Assembly (NCBI GenBank): GCA_965222755.1
Contig: CBDCUK010000002.1
Coordinates: 3,542 to 67,541 of the forward strand
Source: Mycoplasmatales bacterium
GTDB taxonomy: Bacteria > Bacillota_I > Bacilli_A > Mycoplasmatales > JABABV01
DNA: 64,000 nucleotides
Reading direction: 5' to 3'
Below are positions 1 to 10,046 of this stretch, piece by piece (within the stretch, counting starts at the first letter, position 1; every line of letters begins with the position of its first letter). Below the pieces are notes generated by a model. It saw nothing but the letters and a program-made list of their open reading frames with translations, did not search any database and was not told the DNA's origin. Both the position numbers and the translations under genes were made by a program.

Positions 1-360
1 GCAGCCACTTTAACAGGTGCTGTTTCAGTAGCTGTTGGTTCAGAATTAACTGGAGTATTTTCAAGTTGTAATTGCTTATATAAAAAATTTGAAGCAGTTG
101 CCAAAGAAACTTTTGAAGAAGTTTGAAGATTACCATTTCACCGTTGATTTACTAAAGAAATGCGTAGTTCAAAAATTGCAGATTTAAAAAATTCAAGTAA
201 CAAACGTCAAGGTGGAGCAAGTTGCGCCGCTAGTTTCTTAAAAGAATTTGCCCAAGATAAAAAAATAATTCATTTAGATATTGCGGGAACTGCAACTAAA
301 GGTAGATTCGGAACAGGAATAATGATTAAAACTATTTCTGAATTTATAATAAAGAATTAA
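1..360 (+). CDS. pepA: Leucyl aminopeptidase (M17 family), C-terminal part; 5' end lies outside the window
   Basis: The frame is open from base 1 to TAA at 358-360. The translation AATLTGAVSVAVG...WRLPFHRWFTKEM...NKRQGGASCAASFLKEF...HLDIAGTA matches the conserved M17 catalytic C-terminal domain. In-frame TGA codons are read as Trp. Confidence 0.85.
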
Positions 361-386
361 ACAAAATAATTAAATAATATTAAAAT

Positions 387-418
387 AAAAAAAGTAGTCA
401 ATCAAAACTACTTTTTTT
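387..418. terminator. Bidirectional intrinsic terminator between convergent pepA and the small zinc-ribbon ORF
   Basis: The stem AGTAGT (393-398) pairs with ACTACT (407-412) around an 8-nt loop. It is flanked by an A-run (387-393) and a T-run (412-418). Confidence 0.6.
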
Positions 419-427
419 ATTTATTTT

Positions 428-544
428 TTAAAATTTAATTTGCATGGCTGATCCACAATTAGGACATTTAGGATTCGAAATTCAGCGATCACCAGAAATG
501 GTAATATTACAACCATAACAGATTCATTTTGTAGTATTAAACAT
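428..544 (-). CDS. Small zinc-ribbon protein (38 aa), function unknown
   Basis: The minus-strand ORF encodes MFNTTKWICYGCNITISGDRWISNPKCPNCGSAMQIKF, with CxxC-x13-CxxC and two UGA-Trp codons. A perfect AGGAGG sits 8 nt upstream of the ATG (plus-strand cctcct at 553-558). It is too short to appear in the supplied track. Confidence 0.6.
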
Positions 545-585
545 TAATTATCCTCCTAATATTTTAACATTGGTATGACAATTTA

Positions 586-1392
586 TTATTTACTGTTACG
601 TTTTTTAATTTTTTCATCAGCAATTTTTTGCTGTTTATTCATATTTGTAGGAAATCACAAATCAGCTTTTTCCTCATTATATAAAGCACTAGCAAAATTA
701 GTTCGACTAGCAGCAAATTTAGGATTATTATAAAAGATTTTTTCTAAAGTTAATTTAATACTAGTGCGACTAGTAAAACCATCCATTGGACAACCACAAG
801 GAAGAATGGCTAAATTAGTTTTTGGATGAGCAACAACTTTTTTAATTTGTTTTTCATGAACTAAGGCCATTGGACGAATGAATCAAATATCTTCACGATC
901 AAGATATAATTTTGGTCTAAAAGTAGCAAAGCGACCCCCAAAAATCAAATTCATAAATAGAGTTTCAATAGCATCATCAATATGATGACCCATAGCAATC
1001 TTGTTACAATTTAATTTTTTGGCACGACTAATAATAATCGCTTTTTTAAATTTACTACATAAAGAACAAGGGATTTTCTTGTTGACAATATTATCACGTA
1101 AAATTTCAGTTGTATTTTGATCATCTTCAATGTATAAAGGGATATCTTCATCTTTAAATCATTGAATCATATCTTGATAATCAAGTGCACAAAGATTTAG
1201 TTTTAAATGAATTGCTACCAATCCAAAAGTTATATTATGTTTTTCTTGATAAACTTTTTGTAATATTTTCAATGACTTCATTAGTAGCATCGAATCTTTT
1301 CCGCCACTAACAGCAACGGCAATTTTATCACCATCAGCAATTAAATTAAAACGTTTATCAGAAGCAATAATACCAGCGATAATAGTTTGCAT
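586..1392 (-). CDS. ttcA: tRNA-cytidine(32) 2-sulfurtransferase, TtcA family PP-loop ATPase
   Basis: The track fragments 1159-1392 and 655-870 lie in one frame and were extended through TGA to TAA (586-588). The PP-loop is SGGKDS. TtcA-type motifs are present: PCSLCSKFKK, IAMGHHIDDAIETLFMNLIFGG and ILPCGCP. An AAGGAG RBS lies upstream. Confidence 0.8.
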
Positions 1393-1468
1393 AAATTTTC
1401 TCCTTGATATTTAATTTATGCTATTATATCATAAAACAACTAATCGATTTTGAAATGAGGCGTTAAAT

Positions 1469-2347
1469 ATGATAGTTAAAAACGGATTTTACATCATCAA
1501 TAAAAAGGCAAATATTAGTAGTTTTGGCGTAGTAGCTGCTCTAAGAAAGCGACTAAATATTAAAAAAATTGGTCATTGTGGAACCCTTGATCCAGAAGCA
1601 AAAGGAGTCCTGGTTGTTGCTATTAATCAAGCAACTAAAATTATTGAGTACCTAGTTAGCGATGATAAAAAATACCAAGTTACTTTTGAACTTGGTAAGA
1701 CGAGTGATAGTTTTGATATTTGAGGTGCAGTTAGCATCGATAATAATTATCAAAATTTAGATATCAGTGATGCCAACGTTATTGAAGCAATCAATAGTTT
1801 TGATGGTCTATTATATGATCAAACTCCCCCTATTTATAGTGCTATTAAAGTTAATGGTCAAAGATTATATCAATATGCCAGAAATAATCAAGAAGTAGAA
1901 ATTAAATCACGTCCAGTTATGATTAAAAAAATTGAAAATATCAAAAAACATAATAGTGATAGTTGAACTTTTGATTGTTTAGTTAGCAAAGGTACTTACA
2001 TTAGATCATTGATTAATGACATTGGTAAAAAACTCAATACTGGCGCTGTAATGAGTGATTTAATCAGAACTAATTCTGGATCTTTCAGCATCGATCAAGC
2101 AATTGATATCAGTCAAGCAAATGGAGATACTTGTATAAGTATCGAAAAAGTATGACCTTATGATATAATTAGAAACATTGAACCAATTAACTTAAAAAAA
2201 CTAAAACATGGCCAAAAATGTCGTTTAGATTTAAAGCCAGGAATTAGCTTATTAGTAGTTAATGGTCATTCAGAAGCAGTTTTAATAACTGAAAATCAAG
2301 AAACAAAAGTTCATAAAGGAATGTGATATCAAAATGAAAATATTTAA
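1469..2347 (+). CDS. truB: tRNA pseudouridine(55) synthase
   Basis: The sequence contains GHCGTLDPEAKGVLVV (catalytic Asp motif) and PPIYSAIKVNGQRLYQYAR. The frame continues through 3 TGA codons to TAA at 2345-2347. It overlaps the ribF start by 14 nt. Confidence 0.9.
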
Positions 2348-3257
2348 ATTTGAAAATAAAAAACCAGACATAATTAAGCAAGACACTGTCTTTGTTTTAG
2401 GTTATTTTGATGGTTATCATTTAGGGCATCGTAAACTAGTTGAGCGTGCTAAAAAAATTGCATTAGCTAATAAATTAAAAGTTGGAATTATTACTTTTGA
2501 TCGTAGTCCTTTTTGTTTTATAAATAAAATAGATTCAACTTATATTACACCACTTGAGCGTCGAATTGATTTATTTGCCTGAGATGAAATTGATTATTGT
2601 AGCGTAATTAAATTCGATCAACAATTAATGAATACCCCAGGAGAAGTCTTTATTAAAGAACTAATTTATAAATATAATATTAAATATTTAGTTGCTGGAA
2701 AAGATTTTCGTTGTGGAGAACAAAATAAATTACAAGCTAGTGATTTAGAAAAATTCGTTCCCACAGATGTTGTGGATTTTTTAACAGTAGGTCAAAACCG
2801 TAAATTATCAAGCTCTTTAATCAGAGAGTTATTAACTGATGGTTTTGTAAATATTGCAAATAGTTATATGAAAGAACCTTTAACTATCGAAGGTCAAGTT
2901 GTTTTTGGTAGTCAAAAAGGTCGTGGCTTAGGATTCCCAACAGCTAACATCGAACCAACTTATAATTATTTCCCAATTTCTAAAGGCGTTTATATCGGTT
3001 ATACTGTTATTGATAATCTAAAATATCCATCAATCATTATTAATTCTAATAAACCAACTTTAGAAAATTTAGAATCTAATGTTTTAGAAAGTTATATTTT
3101 AGATTTTGATAAAGATATTTATAATGCTCAAGTTTCCTTAGAGTTAGTTGTCATGATGCGTTTACCAAAAAAATATAATTCAATTAATGAATTACGTGTT
3201 GCTATTAAAGAAGATGTCCAAAAAGCACGCGAATGATTCTTTGATAACCGTTTATAA
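2334..3257 (+). CDS. ribF: Bifunctional riboflavin kinase / FMN adenylyltransferase
   Basis: The motifs GYFDGYHLGHRKLV, GQVVFGSQKGRGLGFPTANI and LEL..MMR are present. The fragments 2334-2582 and 2628-3236 share a frame and extend to TAA at 3255-3257. Confidence 0.9.
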
Positions 3258-3283
3258 TATAGTTATAAAAAGGGTGATTTTAA

Positions 3284-4021
3284 ATGATCAGTTCCGTTAA
3301 TAATAATGAAGTAAAATATTTAGTTAAATTACAAAAACGAAAATATCAAGAACGGTTTAATGAAATTGTGGTTGAAGGATTCCATTTAGTTGAACAAGCT
3401 AATAAATATAATTTAGTAATTCAAAAATACACAATTGATAATAAATATGATTCAAAAGCAATATTAATTAGTGAAAATGTATTACAAAAAATTACAACTA
3501 CTAAACATCCTCAACCAATAATTGCACATATTAAAAAACCAGAAAAATTAACATCGTTTGAAATAGAAGAACTCGCTAGTGATCAAGAAAGTAAAATTTT
3601 AATTTTAGAAGCTATTCAAGATCCTGGTAATTTAGGAACAATCTTAAGGACTGCTAAAGCTTTTAATTTTGATTTAGTAATTTTATCAAAAAATTCTTGC
3701 AGTGTTTATAATCCTAAAACTATCCAGGCTAGTCAAGGCGCTTTTATGACTATTAAAACTTTAATAATTGAAGATTTGGAAGATTTTATTAATAAATATC
3801 CACGAAATTATGTGGCCACTAGTTTAAGACCTAATTCAAAATCATTACAAGAATCAAAAATTAAAAATCCGACTTTAATTTTTGGTAATGAAGGTAGTGG
3901 TATTAGCGATAAAATCCTAAATACCGTTAATACCCATTTGAAAATTATGATCAATGATCAAGTTGAATCATTAAATATAGCAATTGCCAATGCAATCGCT
4001 TTGTTCCATTTTTTTAAATAA
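3284..4021 (+). CDS. TrmH/SpoU-family RNA 2'-O-methyltransferase (RlmB-like)
   Basis: SPOUT-family motifs are present: LEAIQDPGNLGTILRTA, IFGNEGSGIS and ESLNIAIANAI. Confidence 0.8.
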   Translation: MISSVNNNEVKYLVKLQKRKYQERFNEIVVEGFHLVEQANKYNLVIQKYTIDNKYDSKAILISENVLQKITTTKHPQPIIAHIKKPEKLTSFEIEELASDQESKILILEAIQDPGNLGTILRTAKAFNFDLVILSKNSCSVYNPKTIQASQGAFMTIKTLIIEDLEDFINKYPRNYVATSLRPNSKSLQESKIKNPTLIFGNEGSGISDKILNTVNTHLKIMINDQVESLNIAIANAIALFHFFK

Positions 4022-4046
4022 TATTTGATAGAAAGGTGTAATAAAA

Positions 4047-4778
4047 ATGAGTAAAATTAAAAATATAAAACCAATTATTTTTTTCGTTCATGGGTTCAAA
4101 ACTGTTACATGAAATAATTATGATGATTTTGCCAATTGATTAAAACGTCAAAAAACATCTACCCCTGATCTATATACTTATGATTATTATAGTAATTCTG
4201 ATAAAAAAACTTTGAAATCAAAATTAATGTGAGAAAAAAATAAAATAGCTTTTAAAGGAATAGTTGAAAAAAAACGCGATATTATAATTGTAGGGTATTC
4301 ATCTGGTGCACCAATATCAACTATGCTAATAAAAGAATTTCCAGCAGCAAAAATTAAAAAAGTTATTTTCATCGCTCCAGCATTTAAAGTCAGCATCTTG
4401 TATGTTGTCAAAAAATTTTTATCAGGGATTTTTAAAAAAATTATTTTATGATTTAAAATGAATAAACGTCAAAAAAAACGTTATCGTCGAATTAAGAAAC
4501 ATAGCGTTAATGAACCCCATCTTTACCGCATAATTATTTCAATGTTAGCTTTACAAAAACGAGCTTCTAAAAATTTAAAAAATATTAATTTAAAAGAAAT
4601 AGAAATATTCTATGGTAGTGAGGATACTACAATATCATCAGAAAAAAATATTAAATTTATTCTTAAAAATACTAAACAACACAATACAAAAACTAACTTT
4701 CATGAAATTAAAGGTAAAAATCATGTTTCTATTTTTACTAACGGTTGTGAAAAAGTTTTTGAAGAAATTATTAAATAA
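4047..4778 (+). CDS. Alpha/beta-hydrolase fold protein (putative esterase/lipase)
   Basis: The CDS runs from ATG at 4047, in the same frame as fragment 4458-4778, with 4 in-frame TGA codons. It contains IIFFVHGF, a nucleophile elbow GYSSG (GxSxG) and a C-terminal His (GKNHVS). The antisense track ORF 4187-4411 is rejected. Confidence 0.65.
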
Positions 4779-4793
4779 AGGGTTGATCAAACT

Positions 4794-5474
4794 ATGCGTA
4801 TGCGTAATAAAAAATGAACAAAATCTTTTTTTGAAGATAACCAAGATATTCACTTTGAATTAAACAGTCCCTACAAGAACGAAGGCGTTGACAAAGAATT
4901 GATAACAGTCATTAAAAAAATTAAGACAATTGCTTCCAAATACAAACATTTAGCTTTAGAAATCGGAACTGGTAAAGGGCAATTCATTAATACGTTTGCT
5001 CAGCAAAATCCAGATTATCTTATTATTGGATTTGAAAAAAACACCTCAGTGGCTGCTAGTGCAACTAAAAAATTGGTTGAAAATGGGACGAAAAATGGTT
5101 TTATGTTTATCGGTGATTTTGCTTGAATTGCTGATTTGCTAATTAAAAATACTTTTAAAATAGATAAAATTTTTCTTAATTTTTCTGATCCTTGATTAAA
5201 ATCACGTTATCAAAAACGTCGTTTAGTTGATGATTGATTTATTAAAACCTATCGTAATTTATTAAACGATAAAGGGACTCTTAATTTTAAAACAGATAAT
5301 ACAACTTTATTTGCCCATGGAATATTACTATTAAATAACGATCATTGAAAATTTGAAACTCTAAGTTTAGATTTGCATAATAGTGATTTAGTGACTCAAA
5401 ATATCATTACAGAGTATGAACAAAAATTTATTAATCAGAATATTAAAATTAATTTTTTGATTGCAAAATTGTAA
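4794..5474 (+). CDS. trmB: tRNA (guanine46-N7)-methyltransferase
   Basis: The translation MRMRNKKWTKSFFEDN...LALEIGTGKGQFI...FLNFSDPWLKSRYQKRRL matches the TrmB signature FPDPW.K.RH.KRR. It shares a frame with fragment 4899-5126 and ends at TAA 5472-5474. Confidence 0.85.
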
Positions 5475-5534
5475 AATTGTTAAAAGTTAGTTAAAATTAT
5501 CTTATAGCAAAGTAAAGTTCCGGGGGTTAGAGTT

Positions 5535-7397
5535 ATGGCTAAGAAATTCAATAACAATCAAAATATTAATGAATTAAACAATAATTTTACTAAGTTCAAA
5601 TCTAGGAGAAGACATTATTTAATTTACAATACTTTTGTATTGGGTATGTGCTTAGTAATTATAGTAGCTGTATTATTTTCTCTTTATTTATTATTTAACA
5701 ATAGTAAAAGTAAAATTTATGACAATGATTTTTCACAAGCAGATAAGCCAATAGTTACACAAACTAATAGTGACATTACTATTACAATACCCCATAATAA
5801 CTATTTTATTTTGCAAGAAAAAAAATTTATTGTTAAAAATGATGATGAAAATTATAATGCTTTTTATTTAGATAAAGAACATTTACTTGATTTTTATCAA
5901 CAATTTTATTTAAAAGATATGTTCCACGGTCCTGAAATTTCTAATTTAAGAGCAATTTATATTGATCAAAATGGATACGATCCTAATAATGGAGCTCTTG
6001 GATTTTACACACCTTATGCAGAAACTATTAATTTACGACCTTCATCAATTTTCCTAGCTTCATCTATTTTAGAGAATATCACACAGACTAACCGTGAAAA
6101 TAATTTAAAATATGTGATGCAACATGAATATTTACATCATATGGTTAATACTTATTATAAAAATTATGATAATAATAACGCTAGTAATATTCTGACTAGT
6201 GCTAATTATGAAAATGATGGAACTTCAACTTCAAATTTAAAAATGGTTAATACTAATAGCGAAAATTGAAATAAAGAAATCATGAATAATTATTTCCAAG
6301 ATCGCCATTATGATACAAATAGTGATATTATTGAAAACAAAAATAATTATTATAAATCAATTTCTGATTTTCTTGATGGATATAATCAATTCCCAACAGT
6401 TAATAATTTAAATCAAAAAGTTGCCAATACTAAAGAACCAAGTAGATTTATGGCTTCCTCTTTAATGAATATGTTTAATTCAACAAGTTCACCTTATTAT
6501 AATGGTGCTAAAAATTCAAATTTAAGTAGTTTATTAACTAGTAGTATTAATAAACCATTATCTTTAAATAGTAATTATTATAAAAGTGGAGAACCATCAT
6601 ATGATTGATCTGGAACTGGTTATACGTTAAGTTATGATGAAGTGCTTGTTCGTGACTATTGTCAGTTATTCTTAGTCAACCCTTTAATTGATAAAAGTGG
6701 AAATCCTCTTGATCTGTACGCAGGTCAACAATCAGTTTTAAATGGCTATTATGAAGATTATGCGATTCGTTATAACTATTTATCATCATTGTATGATTAT
6801 TCTGATAAAAAAGCTAATAATAGCACTTATAAAACATATGGAAATGTTTTGAGTGCTATGAATTATGGAAAAACAATATCTTATTTAAATCGTAATGATA
6901 ATAATTATAGTTTTGGTGGCTATAGCGATAAAAAATATGATTGAATTGTTTTTGATAATAGCGATGATAGCACACCAGCTGCTTACAATCATTATGTTAA
7001 ATTAGATTATAGTCCTTTTTTCACTAATTTAAATATGAAAAATAGTCTCTCATCTAGAACTAAATCAATTTCACCAATTTCAGCAATTGACAATAATGAA
7101 AAACCATTGTTTTCATTGAAAACAAATCATTATGCATTTCAAACTTCAACTTTCTTTTCAGGACATAATGCTAATTATTTATATTTTGTAAAAAACACTA
7201 CTGGCAAATCAACGCCTAATAGCGGAGATCAAATTGAACGTGTAGAATTGAATGCTAATAATTGAAATGGTAATAAAACATTAATTTTCAATGGTAATGG
7301 TTCTTGATACAATGACAATAGAATTTATCAAAATAATATTACTGGAATGCGATTCATTTTAAAATCAAATGATAATTTAGCATATTTAAAAGTATAA
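5535..7397 (+). CDS. Signal-anchored, Asn/Tyr-rich surface protein with a single HExxH (zincin-like) motif; function unknown
   Basis: Four track fragments (5535, 6282, 6642, 7035) share one frame, joined by TGA-Trp, and end at TAA 7395-7397. The N-terminal TM segment is YLIYNTFVLGMCLVIIVAVLFSLYLLF. The HExxH lies in VMQHEYLHHM, at about residue 198. Confidence 0.7.
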
Positions 7398-7424
7398 ATT
7401 AAATGTTAATATTATCTTTTACAA

Positions 7425-7453
7425 TTGACTTAATCTTATTAATACTTTATAAT
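7425..7453 (+). promoter_or_regulatory. Sigma-A type promoter upstream of tRNA-His
   Basis: TTGACT (7425-7430), a 17-nt spacer and TATAAT (7448-7453) lie about 40 nt upstream of the tRNA. Confidence 0.6.
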
Positions 7454-7494
7454 ATGTAGAGTAAAAATATTTTTTACATTTTATAAATTTTAAT

Positions 7495-7572
7495 GGCGGG
7501 TATGGTGAAGTCGGTTAACACACTGGATTGTGGTTCCAGCATTCGCGGGTTCGAGCCCCGTTACTCGCCCCA
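7495..7572 (+). tRNA. tRNA-His (anticodon GTG) with encoded G-1 and 3' CCA
   Basis: This is the only GC-rich island in an AT-rich spacer. It folds as a cloverleaf with an 8-bp acceptor stem including G-1:C73, an anticodon arm CTGGA/TTGTGGT/TCCAG, a T-arm GCGGG-TTCGAGC-CCCGT and a CCA end at 7570-7572. Confidence 0.9.
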
Positions 7573-7622
7573 TATGGTTTATTCCATCCGATTAAAGATA
7601 AAAAAGGAAGTTTGGATAATTA

Positions 7623-7829
7623 ATGATAAAGTTTTTTCTAAACAATAAATATAGAGATTTTATGCATAAAGCATTATTAACTATTTTAGTAATTTCTTTA
7701 GTTATTGTTTTAACAATTGGTTCATTTTATGGTGGTATTACGTTAATTAAAACGCATGCTGAAAATAAAAGTAACTGATTAACACATTCTCATGGTAACG
7801 ATTTTCCTTCAAACTTAATTTTATTTTAA
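7623..7829 (+). CDS. Hypothetical small membrane protein (68 aa)
   Basis: The ORF encodes MIKFFLNNKYRDFMHKALLTILVISLVIVLTIGSFYGGITLIKTHAENKSNWLTHSHGNDFPSNLILF, with one TM helix and one UGA-Trp. The RBS is weak and distant. A terminator follows. Confidence 0.35.
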
Positions 7830-7831
7830 AT

Positions 7832-7865
7832 AAAAAAAGAATCAATATAAATGATTCTTTTTTTT
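7832..7865. terminator. Bidirectional intrinsic terminator
   Basis: AGAATCA (7838-7844) pairs with TGATTCT (7852-7858). An A-run lies upstream and a T-run downstream. It sits between the small ORF (+) and the oxidoreductase (-). Confidence 0.6.
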
Positions 7866-7887
7866 ATGTGGATTAATATTTAGGTAA

Positions 7888-8904
7888 TTATTTTTTGTTT
7901 TTTAAAACTGAAGTATAAAAAATAGGACTTAGTTTAGGGTTTAATGCTTTGGCAACTGCACTAATAGCATTAACAGCATCACCAAGATCAGAACTTAATA
8001 CATGGCTTTTACCAGGATAAGTACAACAACCACCAGCTGCATAAAAATTATTAATATTAGTTTCTTGCAATGAATTAACACTAATTTTATTCATACTTCC
8101 TCTTGTTAAATTGTTAAAAAGTTCTTGTTTAAAAGGAGTGCAAACTTGACCATATTGAATTAAAAAACAATCACTATTTAATGTTTTTAGAGTTTGATCA
8201 ACATTATGCTTTATTGTAATTGAGTTAACTTTTTGATCATTACTAGAATAATCAACTACTGAATAATCATTATAAAAATTAATATTATTTTTTTTTGCTT
8301 TAGTTACATTGCTAGTTTTTGCACGGAATTCTGCTCGACGATGAATAATGTTGATTTCGCAATTAGGGTGCTTAATTTTAAAATGATTTGCTCAATCAAT
8401 AGCACTGTCACCACCACCAAAAATAGTTAGACTATTTTTAATTAAATTATTTGCGCCAACTTGGTAAAAGACATTATTAAATTTTTGATTTTTTAATATT
8501 GGCATCTGTCTAGGTGAAAACTTTCCATTACCAGTAGTCATTAATATCTTTTTAAAGTTAATAATTTCTTGATTATTAAAACTAACTGTGAAAAAATTAT
8601 CATTTTCAGATCGAGAAATATTAATAATTTCAGTATTTAGTTTTAAACCAAAACCATTAGCATTATATTGAAACTGCTGATATAAATTATTTGCAATATC
8701 ATTACCGGTAATTTTTACATAACCTGGGAAATCATAGACAAATTTATCACCAAATAAGTATTTGGGTTGACCACCATAATCGTTATTAGAATCAATGATA
8801 CAACCACTAAGTTCTCTCAGACCAGCATAAACTCCTGCAAACAATCCAGTTGGTCCTGCACCAATTATCAATAAATCCTTTAAGTTTAATTTATTATTTT
8901 CCAT
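7888..8904 (-). CDS. FAD-dependent, thioredoxin-reductase-like oxidoreductase without a CxxC redox centre (YumC-type ferredoxin-NADP reductase-like)
   Basis: The fragments 8392-8910 and 7888-8094 share a frame, and no TAA or TAG occurs between them. The motifs IIGAGPTGLFA (FAD GxGxxG), TTGNGKFSPR and FGGGDSAIDW are present. I prefer ATG 8904, which has AGGGG 5 nt upstream, over the GTG at 8910 used by the track. Confidence 0.8.
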
Positions 8905-9041
8905 AAACACCCCTTTAAAGTCTGTATAATTTTAGCATAATATTATATAGCAAACAATTAATACATATTTTAAAATGATAATATTATTCCTTGGTCTTGT
9001 TAAATGAGTATCATAAGTAGTATAATAATAAAGGTGAAAAT

Positions 9042-9482
9042 ATGAAAAAAATCATTACAAATGAATTAGAAACCGAAGCTTTAGCGAAAGAAATACTACC
9101 AAGTTTTATTAAACGCAAAATTATTTTATTGTATGGTGATTTAGGTAGTGGTAAAACAACTTTTACTAAATATTTAGCAAAAGCTTTAAGAATCAAAGAC
9201 TCTGTAAAGAGTCCAACTTTTAATATTATGAAAAGATATCCAATTGATAATCAGTTAGTAGATAAAGATATTGAATTTTTAATTCATATTGATGCTTATC
9301 GTCTTAATGGTGGAGGCGAAGAATTTTTAGATGAGATATTTAATAATTTAACAGTGATCGAATGAGCCGGTAATTTAGATGTAAAATTTCCAGATGCAAT
9401 TAGAATTGATATTAAAATTAATGATTTAAATCAAAGGATTTTTGAAATTTGTAATTGTGCTCATTTATTAGAAAGGCAATAG
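9042..9482 (+). CDS. tsaE: tRNA t6A37 biosynthesis ATPase TsaE
   Basis: The sequence contains LYGDLGSGKTTFTK (P-loop) and SPTFNIMKRY, and extends through TGA to TAG at 9480-9482. Confidence 0.85.
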
Positions 9483-9493
9483 GTAATATTTAT

Positions 9494-10045
9494 ATGAATT
9501 TATTTCTAGACACTTCAAATTCTTATTTTTGTTTTTTTTTATTTAACAAAAAAAATGAATTAATATTTGAAAAAAATGTACTTGGTAATCGCCGACATAG
9601 TGAATTACTACCAGCAACTTTTTATGAAGCTATCAAAAAATCAGAATTAAAAATAAATGAATTAGAAAATATTTATTTAGCACTTGGTCCTGGTAGTTAT
9701 ACAGGAATGAGAATTGGATTAACTTTTGTTAAAACTTTAAAATTAATTAATCCTAATGTAAAAATTTATTTTATTCAAAGCCCTCAATTGTATACAGATG
9801 TTAACTTCACAGGATATCATATTATCGATGCTCGAGGTGGAATTTTCTATGTTTCTACAATCACAAATGGAAAATTAATTAATATTAAAGTTTCCGAAAA
9901 TAAAGCTGATAGTTCTAAAAATTTAAGAGTTTCTTTTAATAATTTATTAGAACATATTAAAAAAGATCATTTTAAAATAGAAAATAATATTTTTGAATTT
10001 AAATTAAATTATTATAAATCATTGAATTTTAGAAAGTTGAAATAA
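9494..10045 (+). CDS. tsaB: tRNA t6A37 biosynthesis protein TsaB
   Basis: The translation MNLFLDTSNS...LALGPGSYTGMRIG fits TsaB. ATG 9494 was chosen over the upstream alternative start at 9455, which overlaps tsaE. Confidence 0.8.
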   Translation: MNLFLDTSNSYFCFFLFNKKNELIFEKNVLGNRRHSELLPATFYEAIKKSELKINELENIYLALGPGSYTGMRIGLTFVKTLKLINPNVKIYFIQSPQLYTDVNFTGYHIIDARGGIFYVSTITNGKLINIKVSENKADSSKNLRVSFNNLLEHIKKDHFKIENNIFEFKLNYYKSLNFRKLK

Positions 10046-10046
10046 T

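Noticed and set aside
4612-4863. Overlapping + and - ORFs (4612-4863, 4638-4853) spanning the hydrolase-trmB junction, and the antisense ORF 4187-4411.
   Set aside because: They are out of frame with, or antisense to, the alpha/beta-hydrolase and trmB frames, both of which have motifs and proper stops. They have no RBS.
5620-5700. A possible lipoprotein signal (the Cys in VLGMC) in the HExxH protein.
   Set aside because: The Cys is followed by 20 more hydrophobic residues, so it lies within the TM helix, and the -3 to -1 residues do not fit a lipobox. The segment is called a signal anchor instead.
9455-9493. The upstream alternative start for tsaB (track ORF from 9455) and for rnj (26010), trmD (22672) and the oxidoreductase (8910).
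   Set aside because: These are non-ATG starts overlapping the preceding gene or lacking an RBS. Downstream ATGs with a Shine-Dalgarno and conserved N-termini are preferred. Some residual uncertainty remains.
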